Positions 1 to 10,146 are shown, numbered from the stretch's first letter. The stretch: DNA of 64,000 nucleotides from Candidatus Caccoplasma merdavium (GCA_018715595.1 DVLI01000002.1:6023-70022), one strand, 5' to 3'. Notes: a model not told the origin generated them from the sequence alone. Translations and numbers: made by a program.

Positions 1-38
1 CCGGTGTCTCTTTCTTGTCGGACAATCGAGCCGGTGTC

Positions 39-863
39 TTATTCTGCATTCAACGTGAAACGACGGAATGCTGTTACCGTGAGCTCTTTGTTTTGGGCTT
101 TGAGGTATTGCTCGATGGTGTGTTTGGGGTCTTTTACGAATTCCTGTTGCAGGAGGGTAAATTCTTTGTAGTATTTCTGCAACGAACCTTGTGCGATGCG
201 GTCGATGAGGTTTTCGGGTTTGCCGGCTTCGCGGGCTTTTTCGCGGGCGATTTCGAGTTCTTTCTCGATGATGTGGGCGGGAACCTCTTCGGGACGTACC
301 GAGATGGGGTTCATGGCAGCTACCTGCATGGCCACGTCGCGGGCTACTTGGTAATCGACATCGGCCAAGTTGAATCCTACGATGGTAGCCAGCTTGTTAC
401 CCGGGTGAATGTAGAAGATGGTCGAAGCGGCCGAGAGAGAATCGAAGTAACCGAGTTCCATCTTTTCACCGGTGACACCGCTTTGGTCGGTCACGAGTTC
501 GGCGATGGTGCGGCCGTCGAGTTTGAGGGCTTTGAGAGCTTCGAGGTCGGCGGGTTTGTTTTCGATGGCGGCATCGAGGATTTTTTGGGTGAGGGCAACG
601 AAGTCTTTGTTTTGGGCAACGAAGTCGGTCTCGCATTTCAGGGCCACGATAGCGGCGTAGTCGCCTTTGTTTGCAGCAAGAACGCAGCCTTCGGCGGCTT
701 CGCGGTCTTCACGTTTGGCGGCGATAGCCTGACCTCTTTTGCGAATGATTTCTATGGCACCGTCGAAGTCGTTGTTGGCTTCTTCAAGTGCTTTTTTGCA
801 GTCCATCATACCGGCTCCGGTCATTTTGCGGAGCTTGGTAATATCTGCCATTGTAACAGCCAT
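39..863 (-). CDS. tsf: translation elongation factor Ts
   Basis: ORF 39..932 (-). The N-terminal 'ADITKLRKMTGAGMMDCKKALEEANNDFDGAIEIIRKRG' is typical of EF-Ts. Start trimmed to the ATG at 863 (MAVTMADI). Lies downstream of rpsB, the usual arrangement. Confidence 0.95.
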   Translation of the reverse strand: MAVTMADITKLRKMTGAGMMDCKKALEEANNDFDGAIEIIRKRGQAIAAKREDREAAEGCVLAANKGDYAAIVALKCETDFVAQNKDFVALTQKILDAAIENKPADLEALKALKLDGRTIAELVTDQSGVTGEKMELGYFDSLSAASTIFYIHPGNKLATIVGFNLADVDYQVARDVAMQVAAMNPISVRPEEVPAHIIEKELEIAREKAREAGKPENLIDRIAQGSLQKYYKEFTLLQQEFVKDPKHTIEQYLKAQNKELTVTAFRRFTLNAE

Positions 864-974
864 AATATTTTTCTTTTTAAAGGTTTCTATAAGTAACAAA
901 GAGCAAGTCCCGTAGGTTTTTGCGGGGCTCACTCTTTGCCGGTAGTTGTATGTGTCTGCGGTAGGGCGATGCGA

Positions 975-1823
975 TTATTCTTCGTCTTCGTCCTGCTCTT
1001 TCATTACTTTTGCAGCAACATTGGCGTTGAGGGCCTCGTCGTCTTCGGCTTTGGTGCGTTTGATGCGGGTCTTACGCTCTTTTTTTGCCGGAGCTTCGCC
1101 TTGTGCTTCTGCGGCTTCTGCATCTACTTTCTCGATTTTGCGTTCTTCGAGACCTTCGGCAATGGCACCGCATACGGCGTTGAGGATTACCTCAATCGAT
1201 TTGGTGGCATCGTCGTTGGCGGGAATGACGAAGTCGATGTTCGTGGGGTCGGAGTTGGTGTCGACCATGGCGAATACGGGAATACCCAAGCGGTTGGCTT
1301 CACGCACGGCGATGTGCTCTTTCATCACGTCGACAACGAAGAGGGCCGACGGCAGACGGGTCAGGTCGGCGATGCTGCCGAGGGTTTTTTCGAGTTTGGC
1401 GCGTTGACGGGTTACTTGCAGTTTCTCCCGTTTCGAGAGGTTGTCGAAGGTTCCGTCTTTGATCATTTTGTCGATCGAGGCCATTTTCTTCACCGCCTTG
1501 CGAATGGTGGGGAAGTTGGTGAGCATACCGCCCGGCCAACGCTCGATAACGTAGGGCATGCCTATTTCGGTAGCTTTGGCGGCGAGAACCTCTTTGGCTT
1601 GCTTTTTGGTGGCAACAAAGAGGATTTTTTTGCCCGATTTGGCGATTTGTTTCAATGCAGCAGCTGCTTCATCGATTTTGGCGACCGTCTTGTAGAGGTC
1701 GATGATGTGGATACCGTTGCGCTCCATGAAGATGTAAGGAGCCATAGCCGGGTTCCATTTTCTTTTCAGGTGGCCAAAGTGTACGCCGGCTTCTAATAAT
1801 TGGTCAAATGTTGTAATTGCCAT
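975..1823 (-). CDS. rpsB: 30S ribosomal protein S2
   Basis: 282-aa ORF. 'LLEAGVHFGHLKRKWNPAMAPYIF..RNGIHIIDL' is the conserved S2 N-terminus. Acidic/Lys-rich C-terminal tail. Confidence 0.97.
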   Translation of the reverse strand: MAITTFDQLLEAGVHFGHLKRKWNPAMAPYIFMERNGIHIIDLYKTVAKIDEAAAALKQIAKSGKKILFVATKKQAKEVLAAKATEIGMPYVIERWPGGMLTNFPTIRKAVKKMASIDKMIKDGTFDNLSKREKLQVTRQRAKLEKTLGSIADLTRLPSALFVVDVMKEHIAVREANRLGIPVFAMVDTNSDPTNIDFVIPANDDATKSIEVILNAVCGAIAEGLEERKIEKVDAEAAEAQGEAPAKKERKTRIKRTKAEDDEALNANVAAKVMKEQDEDEE

Positions 1824-1985
1824 TGTTGTTTGTTGTTTGCTTGTTTACTTTCTACTGAATCAATCTCCGGGTAGTCGTTGCCGGCGTCGTCGCCTCGTGT
1901 GCGTGGCACGCCTCTTTGCAGCAGAATCCCGAAAATTTGGATACTAAACGTTGCATACTTGCCGAGGAATAGCTCGCAAATACCA

Positions 1986-2372
1986 TTAACGTTTGCTGAA
2001 CTGGAATCTCTTTCTTGCTTTGGGTTGTCCCGGTTTCTTGCGTTCAACAGTACGCGGGTCGCGAGTCATGAAACCTTCGGCTTTGAGAGCGGGTTTGTCC
2101 TCGGGATTGATTTTCACCAATGCGCGGGCGATAGCCAAGCGGAGAGCTTCGGCTTGGCCTTTGAATCCGCCACCGTCGATGTTCACCTTGATGTCATATT
2201 TCTCGGCGACACCCAGTTTGGTGAGGGGTTGTTTCACGATGTACTGCAGAATGCTCGAAGGGAAATATGCAGCAAGATCTTTGTTGTTGATGGTAATGAC
2301 ACCGGTTCCCGCTTTTACGAATACGCGGGCAACAGCGGCTTTACGTCTTCCTATTGCATTAACTATTTCCAT
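1986..2372 (-). CDS. rpsI: 30S ribosomal protein S9
   Basis: 128-aa ORF with 'GRRKAAVARVFV' and the C-terminal 'RKKPGQPKARKRFQFSKR' S9 signature. Follows rplM. Confidence 0.97.
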   Translation of the reverse strand: MEIVNAIGRRKAAVARVFVKAGTGVITINNKDLAAYFPSSILQYIVKQPLTKLGVAEKYDIKVNIDGGGFKGQAEALRLAIARALVKINPEDKPALKAEGFMTRDPRTVERKKPGQPKARKRFQFSKR

Positions 2373-2377
2373 ACGGC

Positions 2378-2833
2378 TTATTTAAGGGTGTTAATATCTA
2401 TAACTTTGGGTTGTTGTGCTTCGTGCGGGTGTTCGCTGCCGGCATATACATAGAGGTTGCGCAACAACTGGTCGCCCAGACGATTTTTGGGAAGCATACC
2501 TTTTACTACCTTATGGAAGAGGTATTTGGGACCTTTCTTCATGAGGTCGGCCGGTGTATGCAGGTGTTGGCCGCCGGGATAACCCGTGAAACGGATATAG
2601 ATGCGGTCATTCCATTTTTTGCCGGTAAGTTCCACTTTGTCGGCATTGATGATGATGACATTGTCGCCACAATCTACATGCGGAGTGTAGCTGGGTTTGT
2701 ATTTTCCTCTCAGGAGTTTGGCTACCTTGGCGGCGATGCGACCCAAAGATTGGCCGGTGGCATCTACCACAACCCATTCTTTTTGGGCGGTTGCCTTGTT
2801 CACCGAAATGGTTTTGTAACTTAACGTATCCAC
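2378..2833 (-). CDS. rplM: 50S ribosomal protein L13
   Basis: 151-aa ORF with 'KEWVVVDATGQSLGRIAAKVAKLLRGKYKPSYTPHVDCGDNVIIINA', typical of L13. Lies 5 nt upstream of rpsI. Confidence 0.97.
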   Translation of the reverse strand: MDTLSYKTISVNKATAQKEWVVVDATGQSLGRIAAKVAKLLRGKYKPSYTPHVDCGDNVIIINADKVELTGKKWNDRIYIRFTGYPGGQHLHTPADLMKKGPKYLFHKVVKGMLPKNRLGDQLLRNLYVYAGSEHPHEAQQPKVIDINTLK

Positions 2834-2946
2834 TTTGTTAATTCTTTAATTGTTAATTACTTATTGACGCGCTTTCCAACGAAGCCCAGGCCAAAGGGCT
2901 GTCGCTGTTGCCACGTCGGGTTGCTTTTGTGGTAATAATCGGACTG

Positions 2947-2954
2947 CAAAGGTA
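2947..2954 (-). promoter_or_regulatory. Bacteroidota-type -7 box (TACCTTTG) upstream of rplM-rpsI
   Basis: The reverse complement of 'caaaggta' matches TAnnTTTG. It sits ~114 nt upstream of the rplM ATG, which implies a long leader. Confidence 0.4.
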
Positions 2955-3163
2955 CGCTTTTTATCTGTATTCCAAAACATTTCCATCAGATTTTTTTCTT
3001 TTTCTCTTTCCTCTCTTCGCCCCTTGTCCTTTTTCGCGGCTGCGCGACTGTTCTCTCTCTTGGCGTGTGGCAAAGGCCGGCTTTGCACTTTGAGGAATAT
3101 AAATTTGCCCGATTGGCGATATTGTCTTATTTTCGTCCGTGAAGTAAAAGAAGAATACCTACC

Positions 3164-6100
3164 ATGAAATCTCTTGTCTGTGTTTTTTCTCTGGTTTTGC
3201 TCTCCGTGACGGGCTGTCATCTGGTGTCGAAGTCGCCGTCACCCTCCCTGTCGACGATGGCAGGGGCGTTTTCTGTTCCTCCCGACTCGACCCGCACCAA
3301 AGTGTGGTGGTTCCATGGCGAGACCGAGACCACCCGCGAGGGTATCACGGCCGACCTCGAAGCCTTCCGCCGTGCCGGTGTGGGCGGGGTGGTCTACTAC
3401 GACCAGGTGCACAACAAAAAGACGCCCGGGGCACTTCGGGCTCTCTCGCCCGAGTGGTGGGAGATGCTGGTTTTCTCGGCTCGTGAAGCCGAGCGCCTGG
3501 GACTCTCCTTTGAATGCCACGTTTCCAACGGCTATGTCGCCGGCGGGCCTTGGATTACGCCCGAGCTGGGCATGCAGATGTTGTTGGCCACCGACACGTT
3601 GCTCGAAGGCGGCGCTGATATTGAGACGCCGCTACCCCTCCCGGCGTCGTCTTGTTATAAAGATGTGGCCGTATTGGCTTTCCCTGTCCCGGCGGCGTGG
3701 AACGATGACAGCCGGCGGGTTGCCCCCAGGTTGTCGTCGAATATCTCTTCGCTCGACGTGGCCTCTCTTTTTGCCCCGGGGAAGAAGCTGACAAAAATAC
3801 CTTCGCAGGGACCGGGTGAATCGGTCTATGTCACACTCGACTTCGGCCGTCGTTTTACGGCTCGTTCCATTACCTACCAAGTCGCCCCGAGAGGGAAGGC
3901 CACGACCAGTGCCACCAATGTGCCCGGCCCTCCCGGTGAAGTGTTTGTGGGTACCGGCTATCAGGTGCTTCCGCCGCTGGGACAACTCGAAGTCTCCGAC
4001 GACGGAACCCATTACCGCAAGGTGTGTGATTTGGCTCCTATATACAAGGCTCATTCGTCGTGGCGACAGAAAACCGTCGCCTTCCCCGCGGTCACGGCTC
4101 GTTATTTCAGACTCAACCTGCACGACTGGCAGACGCCCGACCGGCCGCAACTCGATATGCAGTTGGGCGACGTGCGCTTGTCTTCGCGGGCGTCGGTCGA
4201 TGACTGGGAAGAGAAAGCCGGACTTTATTCCGAGTATATTGATGGCGATTCCACTCCTTCCTACACGGCGGCCGAGGTCATCGATCCGGCAACCGTGCTC
4301 GACCTCTCGGCTTGCCTGGGTGACGATGGTGTGTTGCGTTGGCAGGCTCCCAAGGGTACTTGGGCCGTGCTGCGTTTTGCCCATGTGCCCACCGACAGCA
4401 AGACGAAACACGGACGTCCCGAACTTCGGGGCTTGGAGTGCGACAAGATGTCGGTGACCGCGGCCGAGTTGCAATGGAAACACTATTTCGGCGCCATTGC
4501 CGACACGTTGGCCCGTCACGGCATTGCCTTGCGGGGTATGGCCATGGACAGCCACGAAGCCGGTTCGCAAAACTGGACGCCCGGTTTCGAGCGGGAATTC
4601 CTGGCTCGTCGCGGGTATGATTTGAAGAGATATTTGCCCGTGATGGCCGGCTATGTCGTGGGGTCGCCGCGGGAGTCCAATGCCGTACTTTACGATGTGC
4701 GCCGCACCATGGCCGACCTTATTGCCGATAATTATTATGCGACGTTCGACCGTCTGTGTCGGGAGCGTGGTCTCGATTTCACGGCCCAGGCCACCGGCAA
4801 CGCCCTTTGCATCGTGGCCGACCCCATACAGGCCAAAGGCCGGGTGTCGAAACCGCAAGGGGAGTTTTGGGCGATTCACCCTGACGGTAATTACGACATC
4901 AAGGAGTGTTCGTCGGCTGCCCATCTCTATGCCAAACCCATTGCTTCGGGCGAAGCCTTCACCGATGCCAAGTTTTCGCACTCCTTGTCCTATATCAAGT
5001 CTTTGGCCGATTATGCCTACTGTTTTGGTATCAATGAGTTTGTTGTTTGCGCTTCGGCCTACCAGCCCTGGCTCGACCGTATTCCCGGCAATACCGGGGG
5101 CGGACGTCATTATTGTCTCCACCGCAACAATTCCTTTTGGCCGTATAGCCGCCCGTTTTGGGATTATCAGGCACGGTGTGCCTACCTCATGCGGCAGGGA
5201 CGGCCGGTTGTCGACTTGGCGGTCTATTTGGGGGAGAATGCCCCGGTGAAAATCCTGACCTATCGCTTGCCCGACATTCCTTCGGGCTATGATTTCGATG
5301 CCTTTACTTCCGATGCCCTCTTTACGCGCATGGCCGTTCGTGACGGTCGGGTGGTGCTGCCCGACGGCATGAGCTATCGCATGGTGGTCTTGCCCCGCAA
5401 TGGGGAACTGACGCTGGCCGCGTTGGAAAAAATCGCTTCTTTCGTCAAAGCCGGAGTCCCGGTCTATGGCTCCCGGCCGATAGCCTCTCCGGCGCAACGC
5501 GACATTCCTTGCCGCCGCGAATATGACTTCTGGGTGAAGACGCTTTGGGGTGAGGAGGATACTCCGCGGGGAAGTCATTCCTATGGCCGCGGAAAGGTTT
5601 ATTGGGGCATGCCTCTGTCCGAAGCCGTGCAGCAAGCCGGCCTCGTGCCCGATGTGGCGATGAGGCGGGGCGACGTGAAGGCCGACAAGCTCTATTTTGC
5701 CCATCGCCGCACCTCCGTTGCCGACATTTATTTTCTCGATAATCACACCGACAGTGGGTGGGTCGATACCTTGACATTCCGCACCCCTTTCCGGCAGGCC
5801 GAGTTGTGGAATCCTGTCGAGGGGCGTTGCTATGCCTTGCCGTTGCTCTCGGCCGATTCCCACACCGTGACGCTCCCTCTGCGCATGGCACCGCGTGAAT
5901 CTTATTTTGTCGTGCTGGCCGACTCGTCGCGCACGTTACCCCCGGTGACTTGGCAAGCGACGCAACGGGAGGAGCCTGTCGCTGGGCCGTGGCAGGTCTA
6001 CTTCGACCCCGAAAAAGGCGGGGCGGGAGAGGTGACGTTCGACGAGCTCGTCGATTGGTCGACGCATGCCGATTCCCGCATTCGGTATTATTCGGGGACG

Positions 6101-6457
6101 GCGGTTTATCGCGGTCGCCTCATGGTGCAGCGTCGCGATGCCGCGGAGAAGGTTTTCTTGCGCTTTTCGTCTCTCGGAGCCGTGGCGCGGGTCATCGTGA
6201 ACGGCCAAGAGGCGGGTATCGTGTGGTGTTCGCCTTGGGAGACCGACCTCACCCCGTTTGTGCGGGAAGGCGACAACGAAATAGAAATCGAGGTGGCCAA
6301 TTCGTTGATGAATCGCATGATAGGCGATGCCGCCCTGCCGGCCGAGGAACGTCTGACCTATGCCTATCCCGAGATTGTCACCCCGGCCGACACCCTGGTC
6401 GCCTCGGGTATCATCGGGCCGGTGTCGTTGCTCTACCGCGGCAAGGAGGGGCAGTGA
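3164..6457 (+). CDS. large secreted glycoside hydrolase lipoprotein, GH106-like (alpha-L-rhamnosidase family / jelly-roll glycosylhydrolase)
   Basis: 1097-aa ORF. Lipoprotein signal 'MKSLVCVFSLVLLSVTGC'. N-terminal 'TKVWWFHGETETTREGITADLEAFRRAGVGGVVYYDQ' and C-terminal jelly-roll 'VNGQEAGIVWCSPWETDLTPFVREGDNEIEIEVANSLMNRMIGD' recall GH106-type enzymes. Family assignment is from memory only. Confidence 0.8.
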   Translation: MKSLVCVFSLVLLSVTGCHLVSKSPSPSLSTMAGAFSVPPDSTRTKVWWFHGETETTREGITADLEAFRRAGVGGVVYYDQVHNKKTPGALRALSPEWWEMLVFSAREAERLGLSFECHVSNGYVAGGPWITPELGMQMLLATDTLLEGGADIETPLPLPASSCYKDVAVLAFPVPAAWNDDSRRVAPRLSSNISSLDVASLFAPGKKLTKIPSQGPGESVYVTLDFGRRFTARSITYQVAPRGKATTSATNVPGPPGEVFVGTGYQVLPPLGQLEVSDDGTHYRKVCDLAPIYKAHSSWRQKTVAFPAVTARYFRLNLHDWQTPDRPQLDMQLGDVRLSSRASVDDWEEKAGLYSEYIDGDSTPSYTAAEVIDPATVLDLSACLGDDGVLRWQAPKGTWAVLRFAHVPTDSKTKHGRPELRGLECDKMSVTAAELQWKHYFGAIADTLARHGIALRGMAMDSHEAGSQNWTPGFEREFLARRGYDLKRYLPVMAGYVVGSPRESNAVLYDVRRTMADLIADNYYATFDRLCRERGLDFTAQATGNALCIVADPIQAKGRVSKPQGEFWAIHPDGNYDIKECSSAAHLYAKPIASGEAFTDAKFSHSLSYIKSLADYAYCFGINEFVVCASAYQPWLDRIPGNTGGGRHYCLHRNNSFWPYSRPFWDYQARCAYLMRQGRPVVDLAVYLGENAPVKILTYRLPDIPSGYDFDAFTSDALFTRMAVRDGRVVLPDGMSYRMVVLPRNGELTLAALEKIASFVKAGVPVYGSRPIASPAQRDIPCRREYDFWVKTLWGEEDTPRGSHSYGRGKVYWGMPLSEAVQQAGLVPDVAMRRGDVKADKLYFAHRRTSVADIYFLDNHTDSGWVDTLTFRTPFRQAELWNPVEGRCYALPLLSADSHTVTLPLRMAPRESYFVVLADSSRTLPPVTWQATQREEPVAGPWQVYFDPEKGGAGEVTFDELVDWSTHADSRIRYYSGTAVYRGRLMVQRRDAAEKVFLRFSSLGAVARVIVNGQEAGIVWCSPWETDLTPFVREGDNEIEIEVANSLMNRMIGDAALPAEERLTYAYPEIVTPADTLVASGIIGPVSLLYRGKEGQ

Positions 6458-6479
6458 AATGCTCTCCTTCCCGAAAAAC

Positions 6480-6511
6480 GACAGGGCAGTCTCTTGCGGG
6501 ACTGCCCTGTC
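6480..6511. terminator. bidirectional hairpin between the convergent GH gene and asnS
   Basis: Perfect 12-bp stem 'gacagggcagtc'/'gactgccctgtc' with an 8-nt loop. Confidence 0.6.
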
Positions 6512-6533
6512 GGGTATAAAGATGTAGCCGTTT

Positions 6534-7940
6534 TTAGAATTCGGCGTTTTTGGGGGTGCGGGGGAACGGTATCACGTCGCGAATGTTGGACATGCCGGTG
6601 ACGAAGAGCATGAGCCGCTCAAATCCCAGTCCGAAACCGGCGTGCGGGCAAGTTCCGTATTTGCGGGTGTCGAGATACCACCACATGTCTTTCATCGGGA
6701 TTTTCAGCTCGTCGATGCGGGCGAGCAGTTTGTCGTAGTTTTCTTCACGCACGCTGCCGCCGATGATTTCGCCTATCTGCGGGAAGAGGACGTCGGTGCC
6801 TTGTACGGTCTTGCCGTCTTCGTTCTGTTTCATGTAGAAGGCTTTTATCTCTTTGGGGTAGTTGATCATGATGACCGGTTTCTTGAAGTGCTCTTCGACG
6901 AGGAAGCGTTCGTGTTCGCTGGCCAGGTCGCAGCCCCAGTAAACGGGGAACTCAAATTTGTGGCCGTTGGCGATGGCCTCTTCGAGTATCTTGATGCCTT
7001 CGGTGTAGGGCAGGTGCACAAACTCGGTCTCGACTACTTTCTGCAAGCGTTCGATGAGACCTTTGTCGAACATGTCGTTGAGGAATTGCAGGTCGTCCTG
7101 GCAATGTTCGAGGGCCCATTTCACGCAATATTTGATAAATTCCTCTTCGAGGGCCATCAGGTCGTCGAGGTCGGCAAAGGCCACTTCGGGTTCGACCATC
7201 CAGAACTCGGCCAAGTGGCGCGGGGTGTTGGAGTTCTCGGCACGGAAGGTGGGGCCAAAGGTGTAGATGGCACCCAGGGCGGTGGCGGCAAGCTCCCCTT
7301 CGAGTTGTCCCGAGACGGTGAGGCTGGCTTGCTTGCCGAAGAAGTCGTCGTCGTAGATGATGGAGCCGTTCTCGTCTTTTTTCAGGTTGTAGAGGTTCTT
7401 GGTGGTTACCTGGAACATCTGTCCGGCACCCTCACAGTCCGAGGCGGTGATGATGGGCGTGTGGAAGTAGACGAACCCTCTCTCGTGGAAGAACGTGTGT
7501 ATGGCGTAGGCCATCTGGTGCCGCATGCGGAAGATGGCGCCAAAGGTGTTGGTGCGGGGACGCAGGTGGGCAATCTCGCGCAGGAACTCCATGGTGTGGC
7601 CTTTCTTTTGCAGCGGATAGGTCTGCGGGTCGGCCGTGCCATATACTTCGAGCGTTTCGGCTTGTACTTCGGCCTCTTGCCCTTTGCCTTGCGACTCGAC
7701 CAAGCGGCCGGTTACGGCGATGCAGGCTCCCGTGGTTACGGGTTTCAAGGTCTCTTCGTCGAATTTTTCAAGGTCTACGACGATTTGCAGGTTCTTTATG
7801 GTGGAGCCGTCGTTCAGGGCGATGAATCCTACTTGTTTGTTTCCGCGACGGGTGCGTACCCAGCCTTTTACCAGCACGGTTGTGCCTATGGGCTTGGTGC
7901 GGAACAGGTCGGCGATGCGAGTGCGTTTAAGCGTTTCCAT
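6534..7940 (-). CDS. asnS: asparagine--tRNA ligase
   Basis: 468-aa ORF. OB-fold N-terminus '[23 protein letters not shown]' plus class II motifs ('[21 protein letters not shown]', '[15 protein letters not shown]'). Confidence 0.95.
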   Translation of the reverse strand: METLKRTRIADLFRTKPIGTTVLVKGWVRTRRGNKQVGFIALNDGSTIKNLQIVVDLEKFDEETLKPVTTGACIAVTGRLVESQGKGQEAEVQAETLEVYGTADPQTYPLQKKGHTMEFLREIAHLRPRTNTFGAIFRMRHQMAYAIHTFFHERGFVYFHTPIITASDCEGAGQMFQVTTKNLYNLKKDENGSIIYDDDFFGKQASLTVSGQLEGELAATALGAIYTFGPTFRAENSNTPRHLAEFWMVEPEVAFADLDDLMALEEEFIKYCVKWALEHCQDDLQFLNDMFDKGLIERLQKVVETEFVHLPYTEGIKILEEAIANGHKFEFPVYWGCDLASEHERFLVEEHFKKPVIMINYPKEIKAFYMKQNEDGKTVQGTDVLFPQIGEIIGGSVREENYDKLLARIDELKIPMKDMWWYLDTRKYGTCPHAGFGLGFERLMLFVTGMSNIRDVIPFPRTPKNAEF

Positions 7941-7984
7941 ATATCTTATCTTCTTGTTCTTGATTTATATCTTGTTGGTAATTG

Positions 7985-9313
7985 TTATTCGAAAGAACCC
8001 ATTTTCAGGAAATTCACTTCTTGTTGGGTCAGGTAACGCCAGCGTCCGCGGGGCAGGTTTTTCTTGGTGAGGCCGGCGAAATATACGCGGTCGAGTTTCA
8101 CCACGCGGTAGCCCAGCGACTCGAAGATGCGGCGCACGACCCGGTTGCGGCCCGAGTGGATTTCGATGCCTACTTGGTTACGGTCGGTTTCGGTGGCGTA
8201 GCTGATGGCGTCGGCATGTATGGGGCCGTCTTCGAGTTCGATGCCGTCGGCGATGCGTTGCATGTCTTCCTCGGTCACGTCACGGTCGAGCCATACATGG
8301 TAGATTTTCTTTTTCACAAACTTCGGGTGCGTCAGTTTCGAGGCCAGGTCGCCGTCGTTGGTGAGCAGCAGCACGCCGGTGGTGTTGCGGTCGAGGCGGC
8401 CTACGGGATAGATGCGTTCGGTGCAGGCATTGCGCACGATGTCCATGACGGTGAGGCGGCCTTGGGGGTCGTCCGAGGTCGTTACGCAATCTTTGGGCTT
8501 GTTGAGCAACACATAGATTTTGTGCTCGGGCAGCACCACTTTGTCGTTGTGGGTGACGACATCGTTGCGGGTGATTTTCGTTCCCAATTCGGTCACCACT
8601 TCGCCGTTGACTTTGATTTCGCCCTTCTGTATGAACTCATCGGCTTCTCGGCGCGAGCACACGCCCGAGTTGGCCAGGAACTTGTTGAGACGTATCGGCT
8701 CGTTGGGGTCGACCATGCTCTCGTCATAGACGATGCGGCGGGGTATGACCACTCGTTGCTGGCGGTTGTTGCCTCCGCCGTAGGAGCGGCGTTGGTTGCC
8801 GCCATAGGGCTTGTTGTAGCCTCCGCCGCGGTTGTTGAATCCCTGACGGTTGCCTCCTTGTTGGCGGAACGGACGGCTCTCGCCCACGGTGTTGTAGTTG
8901 GGCTCTTCGCCGTTATCGGCGTGCGGGCGGTAGGGGCGGCGGTTGTTATAGTTGTTGCGGTTGTAACCTCCTTGGTAGTTGTCGGGGCGGTTGTAGCCGC
9001 CCTGGCGTTCGCCATAGTTGCGGTTGTAGCCGTAGTCGTTGGTTGCGTAACGGTTGAAGTTGTCCTCGCCGGCGGTATTGTTGTCGGCATTGTAGTTGCG
9101 CTGGTAATGGTTGCCTCCGCCGTAATTGTCGTTCCGGCGGTTGTAGTTGCGGTTATCGTTGTTGTAGGGTCGGCGGTTGTAGTTGTAGTCGTTGTCGTTG
9201 TCGTTGCGACGGGTGTAATTTACCTTTTCGTATTTTTCATTGCCACCTTCGCGGCTGGCTGCCCCTCTTGCCTCTCCGATGCGCGGGCGACGGGGTTTCT
9301 GTCCTTTTTCCAT
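7985..9313 (-). CDS. rluB: RluB/RsuA-family rRNA pseudouridine synthase with a long N-terminal low-complexity arm
   Basis: 442-aa ORF. S4 domain 'IRLNKFLANSGVCSRREADEFIQKGEIKVNGEVV' and catalytic 'YPVGRLDRNTTGVLLLTNDG'. The first ~195 aa are N/Y/R/G repeats. Confidence 0.88.
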   Translation of the reverse strand: MEKGQKPRRPRIGEARGAASREGGNEKYEKVNYTRRNDNDNDYNYNRRPYNNDNRNYNRRNDNYGGGNHYQRNYNADNNTAGEDNFNRYATNDYGYNRNYGERQGGYNRPDNYQGGYNRNNYNNRRPYRPHADNGEEPNYNTVGESRPFRQQGGNRQGFNNRGGGYNKPYGGNQRRSYGGGNNRQQRVVIPRRIVYDESMVDPNEPIRLNKFLANSGVCSRREADEFIQKGEIKVNGEVVTELGTKITRNDVVTHNDKVVLPEHKIYVLLNKPKDCVTTSDDPQGRLTVMDIVRNACTERIYPVGRLDRNTTGVLLLTNDGDLASKLTHPKFVKKKIYHVWLDRDVTEEDMQRIADGIELEDGPIHADAISYATETDRNQVGIEIHSGRNRVVRRIFESLGYRVVKLDRVYFAGLTKKNLPRGRWRYLTQQEVNFLKMGSFE

Positions 9314-9539
9314 AATGAATTTTATTCTCTAAAATAACATCTTCTGTCCTCGCGGACAGTCGTTTGTGTTTAACAATCTTTTGAGTGCAAAGATGCAAAT
9401 ATTTTTTTTAAAACAAGTGCTTTGAGTTGTTTTTCTTTATTTATAACACTTTCAGACGATATTTGTTTTCTAAAACGGCGCTCTTTCTTTGTTAATGGTA
9501 ATTTTCGGGAACGACGCTGTGAATCTGAAAAACCTTTCG

Positions 9540-9547
9540 TACCTTTG
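9540..9547 (+). promoter_or_regulatory. -7 box TACCTTTG upstream of slyD
   Basis: Matches TAnnTTTG, 39 nt before the ATG at 9586. This supports the trimmed slyD start. Confidence 0.45.
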
Positions 9548-9585
9548 CCGCCAATGTCGTGAATTTATTTTTAATATCATTTTAT

Positions 9586-10146
9586 ATGGAAACAATCAAA
9601 CCCGGACAATTTGTCGAATTGACCTATGATCTTTTTGTGGGTTCAGAGAATGAACTGATGGAAAGTGCCACTGCCGAGGCCCCATTTCAATTTGTATTTG
9701 GGGTGGACCAAATGCTTCCCTCGTTCGAATCGCATATCAAGGATTTGAAAGTGGGCGATACTTTCGATTTTGTGATTCCTTGCAACGACGCTTACGGCGA
9801 GCGTGACGAGGAGCATGTCTTGGAACTTGACAAGAAGATGTTCGAGGTCGATGGTAAATTTGATGACGAATATATTTTCCCGGGCAATACCGTTCCTATG
9901 ATGGACGCCAATGGCAACCGCCTCAACGGTTCGGTGCTCGAAGTGAAGGACAATATCGTGGTGATGGATTTCAATCACCCCCTTGCCGGTGAAGACCTGC
10001 ACTTTGTGGGTACCGTCAAGACGGTGCGTCCCGCCACGCCCGAGGAGCTCAACCCCGTTCATTCCTGCGGTTGCGGTTGCGACAGTTGCGGCGGCGGTTG
10101 TGGCGACCATGGCCATGACGGTTGCGAGGGTGGCTGCTGCCATTGA
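9586..10146 (+). CDS. slyD: FKBP-type peptidyl-prolyl isomerase, SlyD-like, with a Cys/His/Gly metal-binding tail
   Basis: ORF 9559..10146 trimmed to 'METIKPGQFVELTYDL'. FKBP/IF-domain pattern 'NHPLAGEDLHFVGTV'. C-terminal 'HSCGCGCDSCGGGCGDHGHDGCEGGCCH'. Confidence 0.88.
   Translation: METIKPGQFVELTYDLFVGSENELMESATAEAPFQFVFGVDQMLPSFESHIKDLKVGDTFDFVIPCNDAYGERDEEHVLELDKKMFEVDGKFDDEYIFPGNTVPMMDANGNRLNGSVLEVKDNIVVMDFNHPLAGEDLHFVGTVKTVRPATPEELNPVHSCGCGCDSCGGGCGDHGHDGCEGGCCH

Noticed and set aside
3632-5863. 743-aa ORF antisense to the GH106-like gene
   Set aside because: It lies entirely inside a well-supported 1097-aa CDS on the other strand. Its composition is Arg/Gly/Pro/His-rich with no motifs, which is typical of a shadow ORF in a high-GC3 gene.
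8593-9090. 165-aa T/A/P-rich alternate-frame ORF inside the pseudouridine synthase repeat region
   Set aside because: It is a by-product of the repetitive AAY/CGN-rich DNA. The synthase frame continues uninterrupted into the S4 and catalytic domains.
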